Positions 8,638 to 20,282 of a stretch of DNA of 64,000 nt are shown here, one piece after another. Source of the DNA: an uncultured Nitrososphaerota archaeon (lineage in GTDB: Archaea; Thermoproteota; Nitrososphaeria; Nitrososphaerales; Gagatemarchaeaceae); contig CAVRAG010000008.1 of NCBI GenBank assembly GCA_963718895.1, positions 800,001 to 864,000 of the forward strand, given 5' to 3'. The translations under genes and the position numbers were made by a program. Below the pieces are notes generated by a model that was not told the origin of the DNA, did no database searches, and saw only the letters and a program-made list of their open reading frames with translations. Each line of letters begins with the position of its first letter. Within the stretch, counting starts at the first letter, position 1.

Positions 8638-11600
8638 TCAGGGATGCCATCTGGACCGGATGACCAGGATCAATGGCAATCCTACCAAAAGTACCACGAA
8701 CAGACCCGACGGGAATTCAGGAACCCCCTGAAGCGGGTTCGGGGTTCCGATGGCAATGGGGGTGCCAGTGAGTGCTGACACTGGTATGCTTCCGCAGATA
8801 TCGGTCGAGCTGAGGAGGACCACGTGCACCGAAGTCCAACTGCTCGAGGAGGAATCGTAGTAGTCCATGGTCGTCGCGCCGTTCGAGGGCGGGATGCAGG
8901 TCTCGGCTGTTCCATCGGTAGCTCCGCTGACACTCACGTCGTAGTAGTGGCCGGGCGCACCGAGTAGACTGGGGTCCGGACCGCTCGGAGGCGGGGTGCC
9001 TCCATCATCAATTATTGTCAGAGTGACTCTCCCTATGGCCGCCGTTCCTGAGATATCAACGCTGACTCCGGTCGCGCTCGAGCTGAAGGAGAGTGTTCCG
9101 CCAGGCTGGACGGGAATTCCGGCGCAGACATCGACGGGGGAGGTCCCGGCGCAGGTCGTCGAGGGAGTTCCTATCCCGATCGGGGTGCCCGTGAGCGCCG
9201 AGACGGGGATGTCTCCGCATATCATGACCCCTATCACCTGAATGTTGGCGGCGCTGGCCCAGGACACGCCGTTCCAGTAATCCATCGTGGTCCCAAAGTA
9301 GATGTTGTAATTCGTGATGCAGACCCGGGCGATCCCGTCGGAGGCGCCGCTGACATGGACATCGTAGTAGGCGCCTCCGCCGCCGAGATTCAGATCCGCG
9401 CCCGACGGTGGAGGGGCGCTTCCGTCGACAGAGATAGTCATGGTGACTGTTCCCGTGGCCGACGTCCCCGAGATGTCGATGCTGATCCCGGTCGAGGTCG
9501 AGCTCGCCGACAGGGTCCCGCTTGGCTGACTCGGGGTTCCGGTGCAGGTGTCCGTGGGGAAGGTACCCGCGCAGGCGGCCGCGGATGTCTGCTCGGAAGC
9601 ATAGGTTCCGGTGACGGTGGTGATGCCGGAAACGGTGAATGGGGACGTCAGCCCGATGACGGTCTGCAGCGCAAACTCGGTCCCGGAGGCACTCGTGTGA
9701 ACCGGGCTGGAGTAGACGTAGTGCAAGATCGCGCCTGAGTCAATCCAGTCGCCCACTGGGAACTGAGAGAATGTGAAATCTGAAGGTATGAGGCTGCTCG
9801 ACGAGGAGACTGACAGGACCGTGTTTCCGCCCGTCGAGCTGTCCAGGCCCGTCTCCCCGAAGGTGATGAGGTACTGGTGTGAGTACTCAGCGTACTGAGT
9901 GAAAGGGAGCAAGGGCTCGTAGAGGGTATTGCTCAGGAAAGTCGGGACACCCTCCCACCTCTCGGTGGAGCTCGAGCCGCCCAGCGGGTTCGGTGTTATG
10001 CTGTAGGACGCTCCCGCGTCCAAGAACACATAGTCGGGAGATGTCATTGAAAGTGTGGTTGCATAGGGTGACCCGAACTGCAGGCTTGAGAATGTCGGAC
10101 TTGATGGCGGAGTGACTCCATCCGAAGTGGTGAAAGAAAGCTCCTCGAAGTACTGATGGTAGTAAGTGAGCGAGCTGGGAATCTGGTCGGCCGAAGTGAT
10201 GGTCCAGGAGGTTGCCGTTCCGGGCAGGATGACCCAGGTCTCATCGCTACACACGGTTATCGGGCCGTGGAGCCCCGGGAGGGTTGTGGACGGCGTGCAG
10301 GCGGGTACGTCTGCGCCCGTCCCCCGCAACGCGTACAGCGTCAGAGGGCTGCCGCTGAGCGAGGCGTGAGTGGACTGCGGGTTGTCCGAGACGAAGTAGA
10401 GGGCGGGTGCAGTTGTGTAGTCCAGAGCGATCGTCGGAGAACCTCCGTCGACGATGTTTGCAGAGACTCTCTGTCGGAGGAGGTCAAAGTAGTAGTATGT
10501 GAGCGACTTGGCGCTGGAGCTCGCCGAGATGAAGAGGTCGAGAACATCGCACGAGCTCGTCAGACACCACTTTTCCTTGGCGCTGGAACCGGACGACGTG
10601 CCGCTTACCTTGATGTGAGAGTTCCCGTCCACGTGCAGCGTCAGCGTCGAGCCACCTGTGAAGTACGCCGTGTAGCCCGTCCCCCCTGAGGTGTAGTCGG
10701 CGGTGAAGTAGTTCGCACCCGAGATCGGATTGCTCGTGGCGTCGTTCAGGAGGGTGATGGAGACGGGAATAGTCACCGTTATCGTCCCGGCGTACACCCA
10801 CTCTCTCTGCTGGTCCTTCGTGCTCGACAGCGTCGAATCCGGCGACCATACCATCGGGAACCATGGATAGCCGGCCGCGGCTACCGTCTTGTAGTAGAAC
10901 GTGTAGGTCCCCGCGATGGTCGGGGTGAAACCCACGGTCATCGTGTGCACGACGCCCGGGCCCCAGTTGTCTGCGCGGCCCTCCACAAGGGGATGACTGA
11001 GAGTCACCACGCACTGGTCGTAGCACCCCGGGAAGGAAGAACCGGCACCCACTATGGCTGAGCCGAGGTCGCTCGATTCTATCGAGAGGTCACTCGCAGA
11101 GACACCGGGGAACGAAAGGGTCATGGTCTGTGTCACTGCTGCGGTGGCTCCCAGGTTCGAGGCGCTGAAGACGATATCCGCTGTCTGCCCCAGGTCCATC
11201 GACGAGGGGAACGAGACGCATCCGGTATCGCAGGTGTAAGGCGCGGGAAATGTGCCCGTCTGATACACTTCGAAATACCAGTCTCCTCCTCCTGCGGACG
11301 TTCCGTCATATTGGATCGTGCTCGTCGTTATTCCCGGCGGCTCGCCTGAACCCTGAAACCCCTCGGAGACCGGCGCGGTCTCTCCCGCCATTACCTTGAA
11401 CTGGACAGAATAGAAGTTGGACAGCGAAGTGGTATCCGTTGACGTGTACCCTTCGACCCCGCTCACCGGTGAGAAGCACGCGGAATTCACCACTATGTTG
11501 AGGGATGGAACCGCGAATTCGACCCACCAGAAGTTACCGTTTGAGGTATCCGTGACGAGAAACACTACGTTGCTGCCTGCAGTCGCATACAGGGACCAGG

Positions 11601-12391
11601 TGTACGAGTCTCCCGGGTTGTAGGACAGACCGCCTCCTCCAGAACTTGCGACCACGTCAGGGTCGACATCGCCGGGATTCGGCGGAGATGAGGAGATATC
11701 GTGTTGATGGAACTGGGACCCAGACGGATTACAGGTGGAGAGTCCCTCCGGGGAGATTATGTTCCAGATGTACCAGTCGATCCCGCTGGCGCAGTTGAGA
11801 ATGCCGCAGTCGTGGTAGTACTCGATGTCGAACTGGAACCAGTTCAGGTCGGTCGTCGAGCCCAGCGCTACGTTCATGGGAAGGAGGAGGACCTGATCAC
11901 CGCTGCTCAAACTATTGATCTGGTTGTTCTCCGCGATGAAAGATCCGGCGAAAGGAAGGGAGGCCTGCGAATAGGACCACAGGTCCCACCAGTGATTTGT
12001 AGGGTCTCCTGGTGGGGGCGAGAGGTTCGAGGGAGTGCTGAGTGGCGGCCCTGCAGGGGGAGCTGAGGTATCGGTGGTCGTCACATTGACTTTGGGAGGC
12101 GGTGACGACCCGGACGCGGTCGATGACTCTGCTGGGGTCGATTCAGGCCCTGATGATGTCTGGGGCTGCGCTCGTTGAAGAGGCTCCAAACCCGAGGGAG
12201 ACAGGCTGGGACTTCTGGCCGATGGCTGAACCCTGAGAGGCCGCCAGTGGTATCCTGTTTGCATTGGTGGAGGTATTGGGAGAGGATTGACCTTGAGTCG
12301 TCGGTTGTGCACCCTTCGGGGAGGCAGGCTGAGAACCGACAGCCATCATTGGGAAGAGTAACAGGAGCATCATGACGAGGTAGACGGACAA
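8638..12391 (-). CDS. Large secreted surface protein with PEF-CTERM anchor, frameshift near 12150-12200
   Basis: Signal peptide in ORF 12143..12391; S/T/G-rich beta domains; C-terminal GVPEFP + TM + basic tail. Confidence 0.8.
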
Positions 12392-12543
12392 ACCGAGTCG
12401 AAACGAAAGGCTGTTTCGGAATTCTCACCACCGATCGTTACCCCGAAGACGACACGCTGAGTGTGATGGAACCTGCCGCCGTATTTATCGTGCGTGAATG
12501 CGAGAATCACGTGCGTGTATCTGAAATTCATCCCCCTTGGCAC

Positions 12544-12574
12544 AGGATTCAGGCGCGGACATGACCTTGAATCC
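12544..12574. terminator. Possible hairpin terminator
   Basis: AGGATTCA...TGAATCCT inverted repeat just downstream of the 12596 stop. Confidence 0.35.
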
Positions 12575-12595
12575 TCGTTCGACCCCCAAACAGCC

Positions 12596-12793
12596 CTACT
12601 CTAACTTCGGACCTTGACGTGCGGGCATGGCCGCCTCTCTCTTTTTCTTCTGCACTTCATTCTCCTTTGCAATGTGCTCCAACAGGGACATCTCCTGAGC
12701 CGTCGTTATCACCGGGAAGGTCTTTCCGCAGACACACTGGGCGCGCGTATCCAGACCCTTGCCCTGAAAACTACCGTTGGCCTGATGAATCAT
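12596..12793 (-). CDS. Small hypothetical protein with CxCG motif
   Basis: QCVCGKTF followed by a charged helix; start uncertain. Confidence 0.45.
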   Translation of the reverse strand: MIHQANGSFQGKGLDTRAQCVCGKTFPVITTAQEMSLLEHIAKENEVQKKKREAAMPARQGPKLE

Positions 12794-12931
12794 CCGGTCT
12801 CTTGGTTCCCCGCATGGCTGCCCATGTCCGGTGTTCCGTATCCATGTCTGACTATAAAGCAGACGCGCGGACCTGTATCTGCGACAACAGATGGCCAGAC
12901 CCTCTCCCGACGAGAGAGACGGGGACTGCGT

Positions 12932-13735
12932 CTAGCGCTCGGCCTCGAACTTCTTCGCGACCCGTTCCGCGGCCCCAGTCGCGGCCTCGACGGCGTTGAT
13001 GACGCTCGTCCTGAACGACCCCTTCTCGAGCTCGTAGATTCCGGCGATGGTCGTCCCCGCCGGAGTGGTGACGGCGTCCCTGAGCTCCGTGACGCTCATT
13101 CCGGTCTCGCGCAGCAGCTTGGCGGTCCCGACGAGGGTCTGCGCTGCAAGCTTGAAGGCTGTGTCCCTCGGCAGTCCGACCTTGAGCCCGGCCGTCACGA
13201 GCGCGTCGATCAGGATTGCTATGTAGGCGGGGCCGCTTCCGCTCAAGGCGGTGACCGCGTCCAGCTGCGACTCTGGAACTTCCACTACCTCGCCCAGCCT
13301 TCCCAGGATGAACTCCACTTGTTGCACATCCGTCTCCGAAAGATTTACTCCGCGTGAGTAGGCGGTCACCGCCTCTCCGACCTGCGCGGCCATGTTGGTC
13401 ATGGCGCGCACCACCTTTGCCGTCGGAAGGTGCCGCCCAAGTCTCGAGAGCGAGATCGCCGCCATGAGAGAGATAACGATCTTGCCCTCGCAGTAGGGAG
13501 AGATCTTGTCGAGGAGCTCCCTCGCATCCGCAGCCTTGACCGAGAGGATGACGATGTCGGCACTCCTCACGGCTGCCTCGTTGTCGGTCGATGCCTGTAT
13601 CTTCGCCGGCAGAGGGCGGCGCAGCGTCGAGATGTTCCTCTTCGTCACGATGACCCGGGAGACTTTGGGGGACTTCGCAGTGGCTCTCGCCACCGCCTCA
13701 CCTATCTTTCCGGCGCCCAGGACTGCGATGATCAA
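12932..13735 (-). CDS. proC: Pyrroline-5-carboxylate reductase
   Basis: GAGKIG, TALSGSGPAY, VTTPAGTTIAG. Confidence 0.95.
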   Translation of the reverse strand: MIIAVLGAGKIGEAVARATAKSPKVSRVIVTKRNISTLRRPLPAKIQASTDNEAAVRSADIVILSVKAADARELLDKISPYCEGKIVISLMAAISLSRLGRHLPTAKVVRAMTNMAAQVGEAVTAYSRGVNLSETDVQQVEFILGRLGEVVEVPESQLDAVTALSGSGPAYIAILIDALVTAGLKVGLPRDTAFKLAAQTLVGTAKLLRETGMSVTELRDAVTTPAGTTIAGIYELEKGSFRTSVINAVEAATGAAERVAKKFEAER

Positions 13736-13767
13736 CGCTGCACGCCGGGAGGATGCACGATATTACT

Positions 13768-15165
13768 CTAGGCCTCTGGACTAATCCCGGCAGAGCGGCC
13801 GTGTGGATGAGGGCTCGTGTCCGTTGGAGACCCTTGAGCGGCCGCGAGGTCGGTCCGGCTCTCCCTGTGACCCAGGTTCCTGAGCGCAGCCTCCAGCACG
13901 AAGTAAGAGAGGAGCATGATGGCCGCGGCTACCGTGAAGGTCGTCGAGTAGCCCAGATAATATGAGACGTAGCCCGTGAACAGCGAGCCTGCGACCGTGC
14001 CGAGCGCCCCCAGGGCTGCGTACGCTCCTATGAGGCTCCCCTGGCGCGCCCGGCCAAGGCTGGACAAGAGGGCCACCGAGGTCGAGGAGTTCCAGACTGC
14101 GTAGGTAAGACCCATCAGGGCATAGAACATCATCGCAAGCAGGAACATCGTGAATCCGCGGACCTCCAGTGCAGCTACCGCGAGCACAAGGCAGAGAATC
14201 GTGCGCGGGATGATGGAGCAGGAGCCTGCCTTCGCGCTTCCAAACCGCTTGGCGAAGCTACTCATCCAGCGATAGACCGCGGTCGCGGCGATCGTGTTGA
14301 TCAGGGATATCGCGAAGACCTCATTGTCTCCGACGCCTGAGTGCACAAGGAAGGGCACGAACGGGGTGTTGAAGAACGCAGACCCAGTCATGAATAGGAA
14401 GGCCGAGAAGAAGAGGAGGGTTATGCCGGTCATCGCCCCGGCCCGGGTCGCGCGCACCATCCTCATCGCCTCCCTGGCCGTCCCCCTCGAGACGGCGAGA
14501 TGGCGGTAGAGGAGGATCGCATCGTGGTACAACCTAGAAGGGAGGCTCTCCGAGTTGTGCGGAAGGTGGCCGGTCTCCAGTGTCCGGGCCGGTTCCGAGA
14601 TCAAGTGGTAGGAGAGCACTACCGACGCGCAGGTCGCCGCCGCGCAGAAGACGAGGAAGGCCCCAAGGGGCAGCGTGCTCGTCCAGAAGATGCCGACCGC
14701 CACCCCGATGATCGACCCGAGATTGACGATCAGGTAGAGGGTCGAGTAGGAGGAGATCCAGTCTTTCTTCTCGGAGGTCTCCATCACAAGGAGGTTCGCC
14801 GCGACCGCGTTGGCGGTCACGACGAGCCCCAGAGCACCATAGAGTGCGGCCAGGTCGCTGAGATTGGGAAGCACAAACATCGCGGCGAAAATCGCCGTCG
14901 TCCCGGCGGAGGCAATCACGAAGAATACGCGCCGCCTGTCCAGCCTGTCGGTCATCCGGCCCCAGAATATCGAGGCAGGAATCAGGACGGCGTTGTAGAG
15001 CGTCGTGATGAGGGCGACCTGGACGACGTTCCCACCGAGGGAGAGGATGTAGAGCGGGACCATGGTGCCGAAACCAGCGACCCCGATGTTGAGCGGGAGG
15101 ACCGTCCAGACCCAGCCCTGCCGATTTTTCGTCGCTCCTGCGCTCTCTGGCTGGGTGCTTCCCAA
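13768..15165 (-). CDS. MFS transporter
   Basis: About 12 TM; WGRMTDRLDRRR motif A. Confidence 0.9.
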   Translation of the reverse strand: MGSTQPESAGATKNRQGWVWTVLPLNIGVAGFGTMVPLYILSLGGNVVQVALITTLYNAVLIPASIFWGRMTDRLDRRRVFFVIASAGTTAIFAAMFVLPNLSDLAALYGALGLVVTANAVAANLLVMETSEKKDWISSYSTLYLIVNLGSIIGVAVGIFWTSTLPLGAFLVFCAAATCASVVLSYHLISEPARTLETGHLPHNSESLPSRLYHDAILLYRHLAVSRGTAREAMRMVRATRAGAMTGITLLFFSAFLFMTGSAFFNTPFVPFLVHSGVGDNEVFAISLINTIAATAVYRWMSSFAKRFGSAKAGSCSIIPRTILCLVLAVAALEVRGFTMFLLAMMFYALMGLTYAVWNSSTSVALLSSLGRARQGSLIGAYAALGALGTVAGSLFTGYVSYYLGYSTTFTVAAAIMLLSYFVLEAALRNLGHRESRTDLAAAQGSPTDTSPHPHGRSAGISPEA

Positions 15166-15332
15166 GTGGATTCCCGAAGGTCGGATGCAAAATGGTTATG
15201 CGTTATCTTCCTTTCTCCGCTCCGGTCGGCGGGACGAGGTCCGGAGGCGCGCGGACGAGTCGATGTCAGAGGCGGTTGGGAGCTACCGGCCACTGGCAAG
15301 AAAAGCGGGGGTCAAGATCGACGTCGGGTCGG

Positions 15333-16097
15333 CTAAGACAGCTGCATGAACTTCCTCAGCGTGAAACCGGAAGGCACCACCGACCTCAAGCCGTTGCCCC
15401 CGAGGTGGACCCCGCTCCAGGTCAGGAACTTCCTGACACTGGTGAGATTCGGTCCGGCGACCACGGTCACGAGATTTCCCCAGGTCGAGTAGTCGTAGTT
15501 CCAAAACTGGCTGACACCTCCGTTGACGTGGAACGTGTAGGTGGACCCTGGGACGGTGGGCGTCGTCCAGGAGCCCTGCGTCCCTCCGGTGTTGATGTCC
15601 ACTCCTGCCATCTGTGTCCCATTCTGTGACCACCCCACAACGTACTTGTCGTAGCTCTTGGTTGAAGACCAGATCACCTTGATTGAGTTGCCCAGATTCA
15701 CGGAGGCAGGCTGCGGGATGACCTCGACGATCTGTGGCGGCGGCATCGAAGGAGGGACCGTCTCCTTACCCTGGGTCGTGAAGTACTGCATCGCGCAATA
15801 GGTGTCCCAGGGCTGACCGTCGGTGTAGTCGTCGGGCGTGGTCTTCGATCCGGTCCTCGGGCAGGCGTAGATTGCGAAGAAGCTCGCGGCAGGTAGGTTG
15901 ACCGTCTGGTCATATTGGGTCTGCTTGGGCACGATGCTCACCGTGGCAACTAGCTCGCCGGAGCCGACGCCGCCCCCGGCCGGTGCCGCGTAGATCTGCA
16001 CGAAATTCCCCCCTGATACGGTGAAACTCACTTTGACCTTAGCCGTGGTCGCCGTAATCGGAGGGACCTGGGTTATCCCTGTGATCTGAATCTGCAT
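15333..16097 (-). CDS. Fibronectin type III-like domain protein
   Basis: Two beta-sandwich-like halves; IKVIWS...PGSTYTFHVNG...YSTW. Confidence 0.6.
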   Translation of the reverse strand: MQIQITGITQVPPITATTAKVKVSFTVSGGNFVQIYAAPAGGGVGSGELVATVSIVPKQTQYDQTVNLPAASFFAIYACPRTGSKTTPDDYTDGQPWDTYCAMQYFTTQGKETVPPSMPPPQIVEVIPQPASVNLGNSIKVIWSSTKSYDKYVVGWSQNGTQMAGVDINTGGTQGSWTTPTVPGSTYTFHVNGGVSQFWNYDYSTWGNLVTVVAGPNLTSVRKFLTWSGVHLGGNGLRSVVPSGFTLRKFMQLS

Positions 16098-16127
16098 TCG
16101 CTCATCACCCGGAGGTCGTCCCGGCCT

Positions 16128-16958
16128 TTACTGCAGCGCGACGAGGATCGGTATCAACCCCACACCCGAATCCAGACTGGACATGGCCTTCCCTATGACC
16201 GCCCCGAATGCGAGTGAGGGTTCGGACGCCTTCATTGCGCAACCCGAGGTCGGAGAGGTCGTGAGTAGGTCCCCCACGCTAATCGGCCCGTAGCTGGCAT
16301 CGACTCTGCAGTAGACCCTGCCGGAAAGAGCCAGGGGCGCCCTGCGGCCTGATGTCTCCAGAGTCCTTCCCATGATGACGGCCGGCCTGAAGAGCCCGGC
16401 ACCGGAGATGACGCCTGCGACCCTCCTGTCGTAGGCCTTGGCGCCCTCTCGAAGCGCTCCGCTGTCGTCCATCACCACGACGCTCCCGGGCTCAATCTCG
16501 ACAGAAGCCGCAAACTCCTCCGCGCAGTCGCTTCCCGTGAGTGTGATGTCGCCCCCCACGGCTATGTTGCCCGCGGCGTTTATCGTCCCGGCGACGTTCA
16601 AATCCGCACTCGCCGAAAGCGTCCCGGTCACGGTGACCGGCCCGTCAAACTGCCCCGCCTGGGTCGATCCCTTCCCGTACACGCCGATGCCACCCCTGCT
16701 GACGCCGGAGACGCCCGTCCCGTGGCCGTAGGCTTCTCCTAACACCCCGCTGTCGGTCGTGACCTGCGACATGGAGATCCCGTGGATCCCGTTCGACCCT
16801 CCCGACCCAGCCACGCCTTCGCCTGTGGTACTCCTACCCGCGACCCCAGTTCCGGAGTTACTCACGCCGAGTACGCCTATGCCCGTGTCCTGAGTCCCCG
16901 TGAGTCCGGCGGGCATGTTTATCGGAGTGTTTGTTGGTAATGCGACTTTTTCGGCCAA
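16128..16958 (-). CDS. GVxG-repeat beta-helix protein with C-terminal peptidase G2/intramolecular-chaperone-like domain
   Basis: GVLG/GVAG/GIHG/GVSG/GVYG repeats; GSDCAEEF...GRVYCRVDA...GDLLTTS...VIGKAM. Confidence 0.6.
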   Translation of the reverse strand: MAEKVALPTNTPINMPAGLTGTQDTGIGVLGVSNSGTGVAGRSTTGEGVAGSGGSNGIHGISMSQVTTDSGVLGEAYGHGTGVSGVSRGGIGVYGKGSTQAGQFDGPVTVTGTLSASADLNVAGTINAAGNIAVGGDITLTGSDCAEEFAASVEIEPGSVVVMDDSGALREGAKAYDRRVAGVISGAGLFRPAVIMGRTLETSGRRAPLALSGRVYCRVDASYGPISVGDLLTTSPTSGCAMKASEPSLAFGAVIGKAMSSLDSGVGLIPILVALQ

Positions 16959-17065
16959 CTAGCTTCAAGCAAAGAGACCGGGTTTTCTATTTAAAATTTG
17001 GGCCAAATCTCGGGCATCTCCCTGGCCCCTCGACCCCGTCTCAGAATCGAGACCTGCGCTCAGCT

Positions 17066-19138
17066 TCAGGACAGGGGCACCGTCGCGACGGTGGCGAGAG
17101 AGCTAAGACTGCTGACCATCACCTCGCTCTGAGATATGGTGTAGAGGTAGTCCCCGATTATGACGGACCGGTCTATCTGCAGATTCCCGTTCGGGGAGTC
17201 GCCGTAATTCTGGCCTGCAGGGTATTGGGACACCCGCCCCAGGAGCGTGAAGCCTGTCGAGTTCACCCTGAAGACGTAGGCGCCCTGCCACACAGGGTTC
17301 CCGAAGGGAGGCGGGTTCTGCGAAGAGGTGCCGGTTGACTGCTGGCTCGCAGGGACCTGAGCGAGTAGGACCGGGATCACGGTGACGTTGTTCGCGGGGT
17401 CGTAGGTCAGGGCCAGGTGGTCTGTCAAGACTGGCGAGTCGGTGCCTCGGTCCCCGATCATGTAGTCGGAGACGTCCGACGAGGACCCGTTGGCCGCCAC
17501 GTGGAAGAGCGAGAGCTTCAGCCCGAGGTAATAGGCGAAGTTCCCCGTCGATGAGGCCACTGTGTCCTTGCCCACGCCGAGCAGGTACGAGCTGCCGAAG
17601 AGCGGCTGGAGGTAGTCCGAGTACCCGTTCACCTTCAGCGCGCTGAGGATGACGGGGTGGGCGACGTCCGCGAAGGAGATCGCGAAGAGCGGGTCGATCT
17701 GCTCGAAGGTCACCACGTATCCCATGTCGCCCGCGAACCTCACCGCATAGAGGTTCTCACCGGGCGCGATGTTCCTGAGGGCCGAGACCTGACTCATGTT
17801 CTGGTTCAGGACGTAGACGTCGTCGCTCTCGGTTGCGTTCCCGTCGATGGTCGCGACGCGGCTCGTCGCGACCCTGAAGTAGCCGTTGTACTCGTCCATC
17901 GAGAACTGGTTCAGGACGGATCCGGGCACAGTCCCGACCGCCTGCACGACGACGTTCCCGCTCGACGAATAGGATGCGCGGAAGATGGTGCTGTTCTGGT
18001 CCTGCTGGACGGAGGGCGAGGTGATGATGACCCCGCCGGTGAAGACGTCCCCAGGGATGTCATCGGCGTTGGCGAACATCCTGTAGTCGGAGTAGACGAC
18101 GTAGATGTTCGAGGTCGAGACGTAGACCGTCGAGGAAGGTCCGGTCAGGACCGAGACGGTCGTCTCGGCGCCCGAGGCCATGCTGACGCTGAGGATCATC
18201 GTGTAGTCGCCGATCTGCGAGTTGTTCGGCGTGTAGAGCACGGAGGACGGGGGCAACGCCACCCTCTGGCCGTTCACGGTCACGTAGGGCATCACACTGG
18301 TCGCGTTCCCCTGGTTGTTGAACCGGTAGGAGGGCTGCTGCACGATCGCGTAGAGGAAGCCCTGAGCCATGCGGGCGGCGACGTAGCTCCCCGAGACGGT
18401 CACGTTGCTGATGAGTCTGGGCGACGAGAGGCTCGAGGTGTTGTAAAGGAGGAGCCCCAGGTACGTAGTGCCGTTCGTGTACCCCTGGTCGATGACCATG
18501 AGGCGACCCTGGGCGATCTCGATCCCGATGGCCTGACCGGAGAGGCGCACCGTGGAGAGGACCGCGTTGGAGGTCGGCGGATAGGCCTGGATTATCGTGA
18601 CCGAGCTGCCTCCTGTCGGGGAACCTGAGACGGTGCTCGCGACGAAGAGGTGCGTGCCGTCGGTCTTGACGATGTCGGGCTCGTCGACGCCCTGGACCTG
18701 GACGTTGGTCCCCGTGAACGAAGGAGAGGAAGTAGACGAAACGGCAGACTGGTCGGTTGTCAGGGTGCCGGCCACGGCCATGGTCGCGCTCGACTCCATT
18801 GTGGCCGTCATGGTAACACCTGGAGCAAACATGATCGGACCGCCTATGAAGGACGACCCTCCGTAGGCGTCGTACTCCTGGGCGCTCTTGGCGTTTGCCG
18901 CCATGAAGCTCTGGAGCTGGGAGTAGTTCTGGAACGAGCGAAGCGGTCCGGAATGCGCGTTAGACGAGGAGGAACCGAACGAGGAGGAGCTCGTCGATGA
19001 TGGGATCGTGCTATTGCTCGTCAGCGTAGGAACAAACCCTATCGCCGCCGCGAGCACAAGAACTATGGCTACGAAGAGGACGGGCGTCCTGTCAGCCGCT
19101 CCCCGCCTTCTCGAAATCGCTTCGAGCCTGAGTTTCAT
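17066..19138 (-). CDS. Secreted beta-propeller domain protein (Beta_propel family)
   Basis: TNVQVQGVDEPDIVKTDG, LNQFSMDEYNGYFRVAT, YVVTFEQIDPLF. Confidence 0.92.
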   Translation of the reverse strand: MKLRLEAISRRRGAADRTPVLFVAIVLVLAAAIGFVPTLTSNSTIPSSTSSSSFGSSSSNAHSGPLRSFQNYSQLQSFMAANAKSAQEYDAYGGSSFIGGPIMFAPGVTMTATMESSATMAVAGTLTTDQSAVSSTSSPSFTGTNVQVQGVDEPDIVKTDGTHLFVASTVSGSPTGGSSVTIIQAYPPTSNAVLSTVRLSGQAIGIEIAQGRLMVIDQGYTNGTTYLGLLLYNTSSLSSPRLISNVTVSGSYVAARMAQGFLYAIVQQPSYRFNNQGNATSVMPYVTVNGQRVALPPSSVLYTPNNSQIGDYTMILSVSMASGAETTVSVLTGPSSTVYVSTSNIYVVYSDYRMFANADDIPGDVFTGGVIITSPSVQQDQNSTIFRASYSSSGNVVVQAVGTVPGSVLNQFSMDEYNGYFRVATSRVATIDGNATESDDVYVLNQNMSQVSALRNIAPGENLYAVRFAGDMGYVVTFEQIDPLFAISFADVAHPVILSALKVNGYSDYLQPLFGSSYLLGVGKDTVASSTGNFAYYLGLKLSLFHVAANGSSSDVSDYMIGDRGTDSPVLTDHLALTYDPANNVTVIPVLLAQVPASQQSTGTSSQNPPPFGNPVWQGAYVFRVNSTGFTLLGRVSQYPAGQNYGDSPNGNLQIDRSVIIGDYLYTISQSEVMVSSLSSLATVATVPLS

Positions 19139-19505
19139 TCATTAGGCTGATGAGCGTCGTTTCTGATTAATAGTTTTGTCCGACAATTCGGACATTCGTC
19201 TGAACAGACACTTCGCACTCTCCCTTCAAACGGGTGGCGCTGTTCAGTCTCTGTTTGATCAGGCGTAACCCATTCACCATCGAACGCCAACCCAATAGGA
19301 CTGCCACCGAGCCCATGAGGAAGGTCAGGGAGAGATTCCCGACGGCGCTAAACCTCTTTTTGTTTCGGATGGCCTCGGCTTCTACCCGAACCCTTCGGTG
19401 AGAGGCCGATTGATTCTGCTCTGGATACGGCAGCAATGGACCAAGACAGAACCGAACCCAGATATCTCTCTGAAGCGCTTCCGGGTCGGGGGCGAGGGAG
19501 CGAGG

Positions 19506-20081
19506 ATGAGACCGGATCGACCGCTGAGCACGAAGGACCTCGTTTTCACAGGGCTTGTCATCCTTCTGATCCTCGCTGTAACCTACTTGGTCGGCTACGC
19601 CATCTACACGCTCCTGGGGCTTCTTGTCGGGTACCAGCTCATCTTTGGACCCCCCATCGAGGTCAGGCTGCTCGGCGCGGGCCTGATCCTCGTTGGCGTG
19701 GCGGTCGCGGCTGACGCTTTCAGGTTCAGGCGCCCGTGGGACGTCTGGGTCTCCACATCTGTCACCTTCATGAAGCTGCTCGGGAGGCTGCCCCTTTCGG
19801 AGACTATGGCGAGGACCGAGCCGTTCGTCCCGCGGGGTCCCTATGTTTACGTGAGGAGCCCGATGTACTTTGGCGTGGTCGCGATCTCGTTCGGGTACGG
19901 TCTCGCGGTCGCGTCGCCCACTCTGCTTCTCTGGGGACTCATCCTTGCCTGCTGGTACTGGTTCTTCCTCATCCCGTTCGAGGAGAGGGAGCTCTTGGCC
20001 CTCTTCGGGGCGAGCTACGCGGACTACCGCCGGCAGGTGCCGAAGCTTTTCCCCTACGGCAGAAGGTACAGACAGAAGTAG
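19506..20081 (+). CDS. ICMT/PEMT family methyltransferase
   Basis: GPYVYVRSPMY...EERELLALFGASYADYRRQVP. Confidence 0.85.
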   Translation: MRPDRPLSTKDLVFTGLVILLILAVTYLVGYAIYTLLGLLVGYQLIFGPPIEVRLLGAGLILVGVAVAADAFRFRRPWDVWVSTSVTFMKLLGRLPLSETMARTEPFVPRGPYVYVRSPMYFGVVAISFGYGLAVASPTLLLWGLILACWYWFFLIPFEERELLALFGASYADYRRQVPKLFPYGRRYRQK

Positions 20082-20282
20082 CACGCCTGCCACACCAGCG
20101 ATATCTGAGTCCCCGAAGCTTCCGGGGTACCTACTGGGTTGCAGCGGTCTTCCTGTGAAGGTGCGCACTCTGAACTCCTTCGATTCCCTACTTGAATCCC
20201 TGCGTCCGCCCGCAAGTGGACTAGGTCCCAAACAAGGAGGAAATCCTATTAGAGCTCGCTCTCCGTCAACCGCCAGTCCGGA

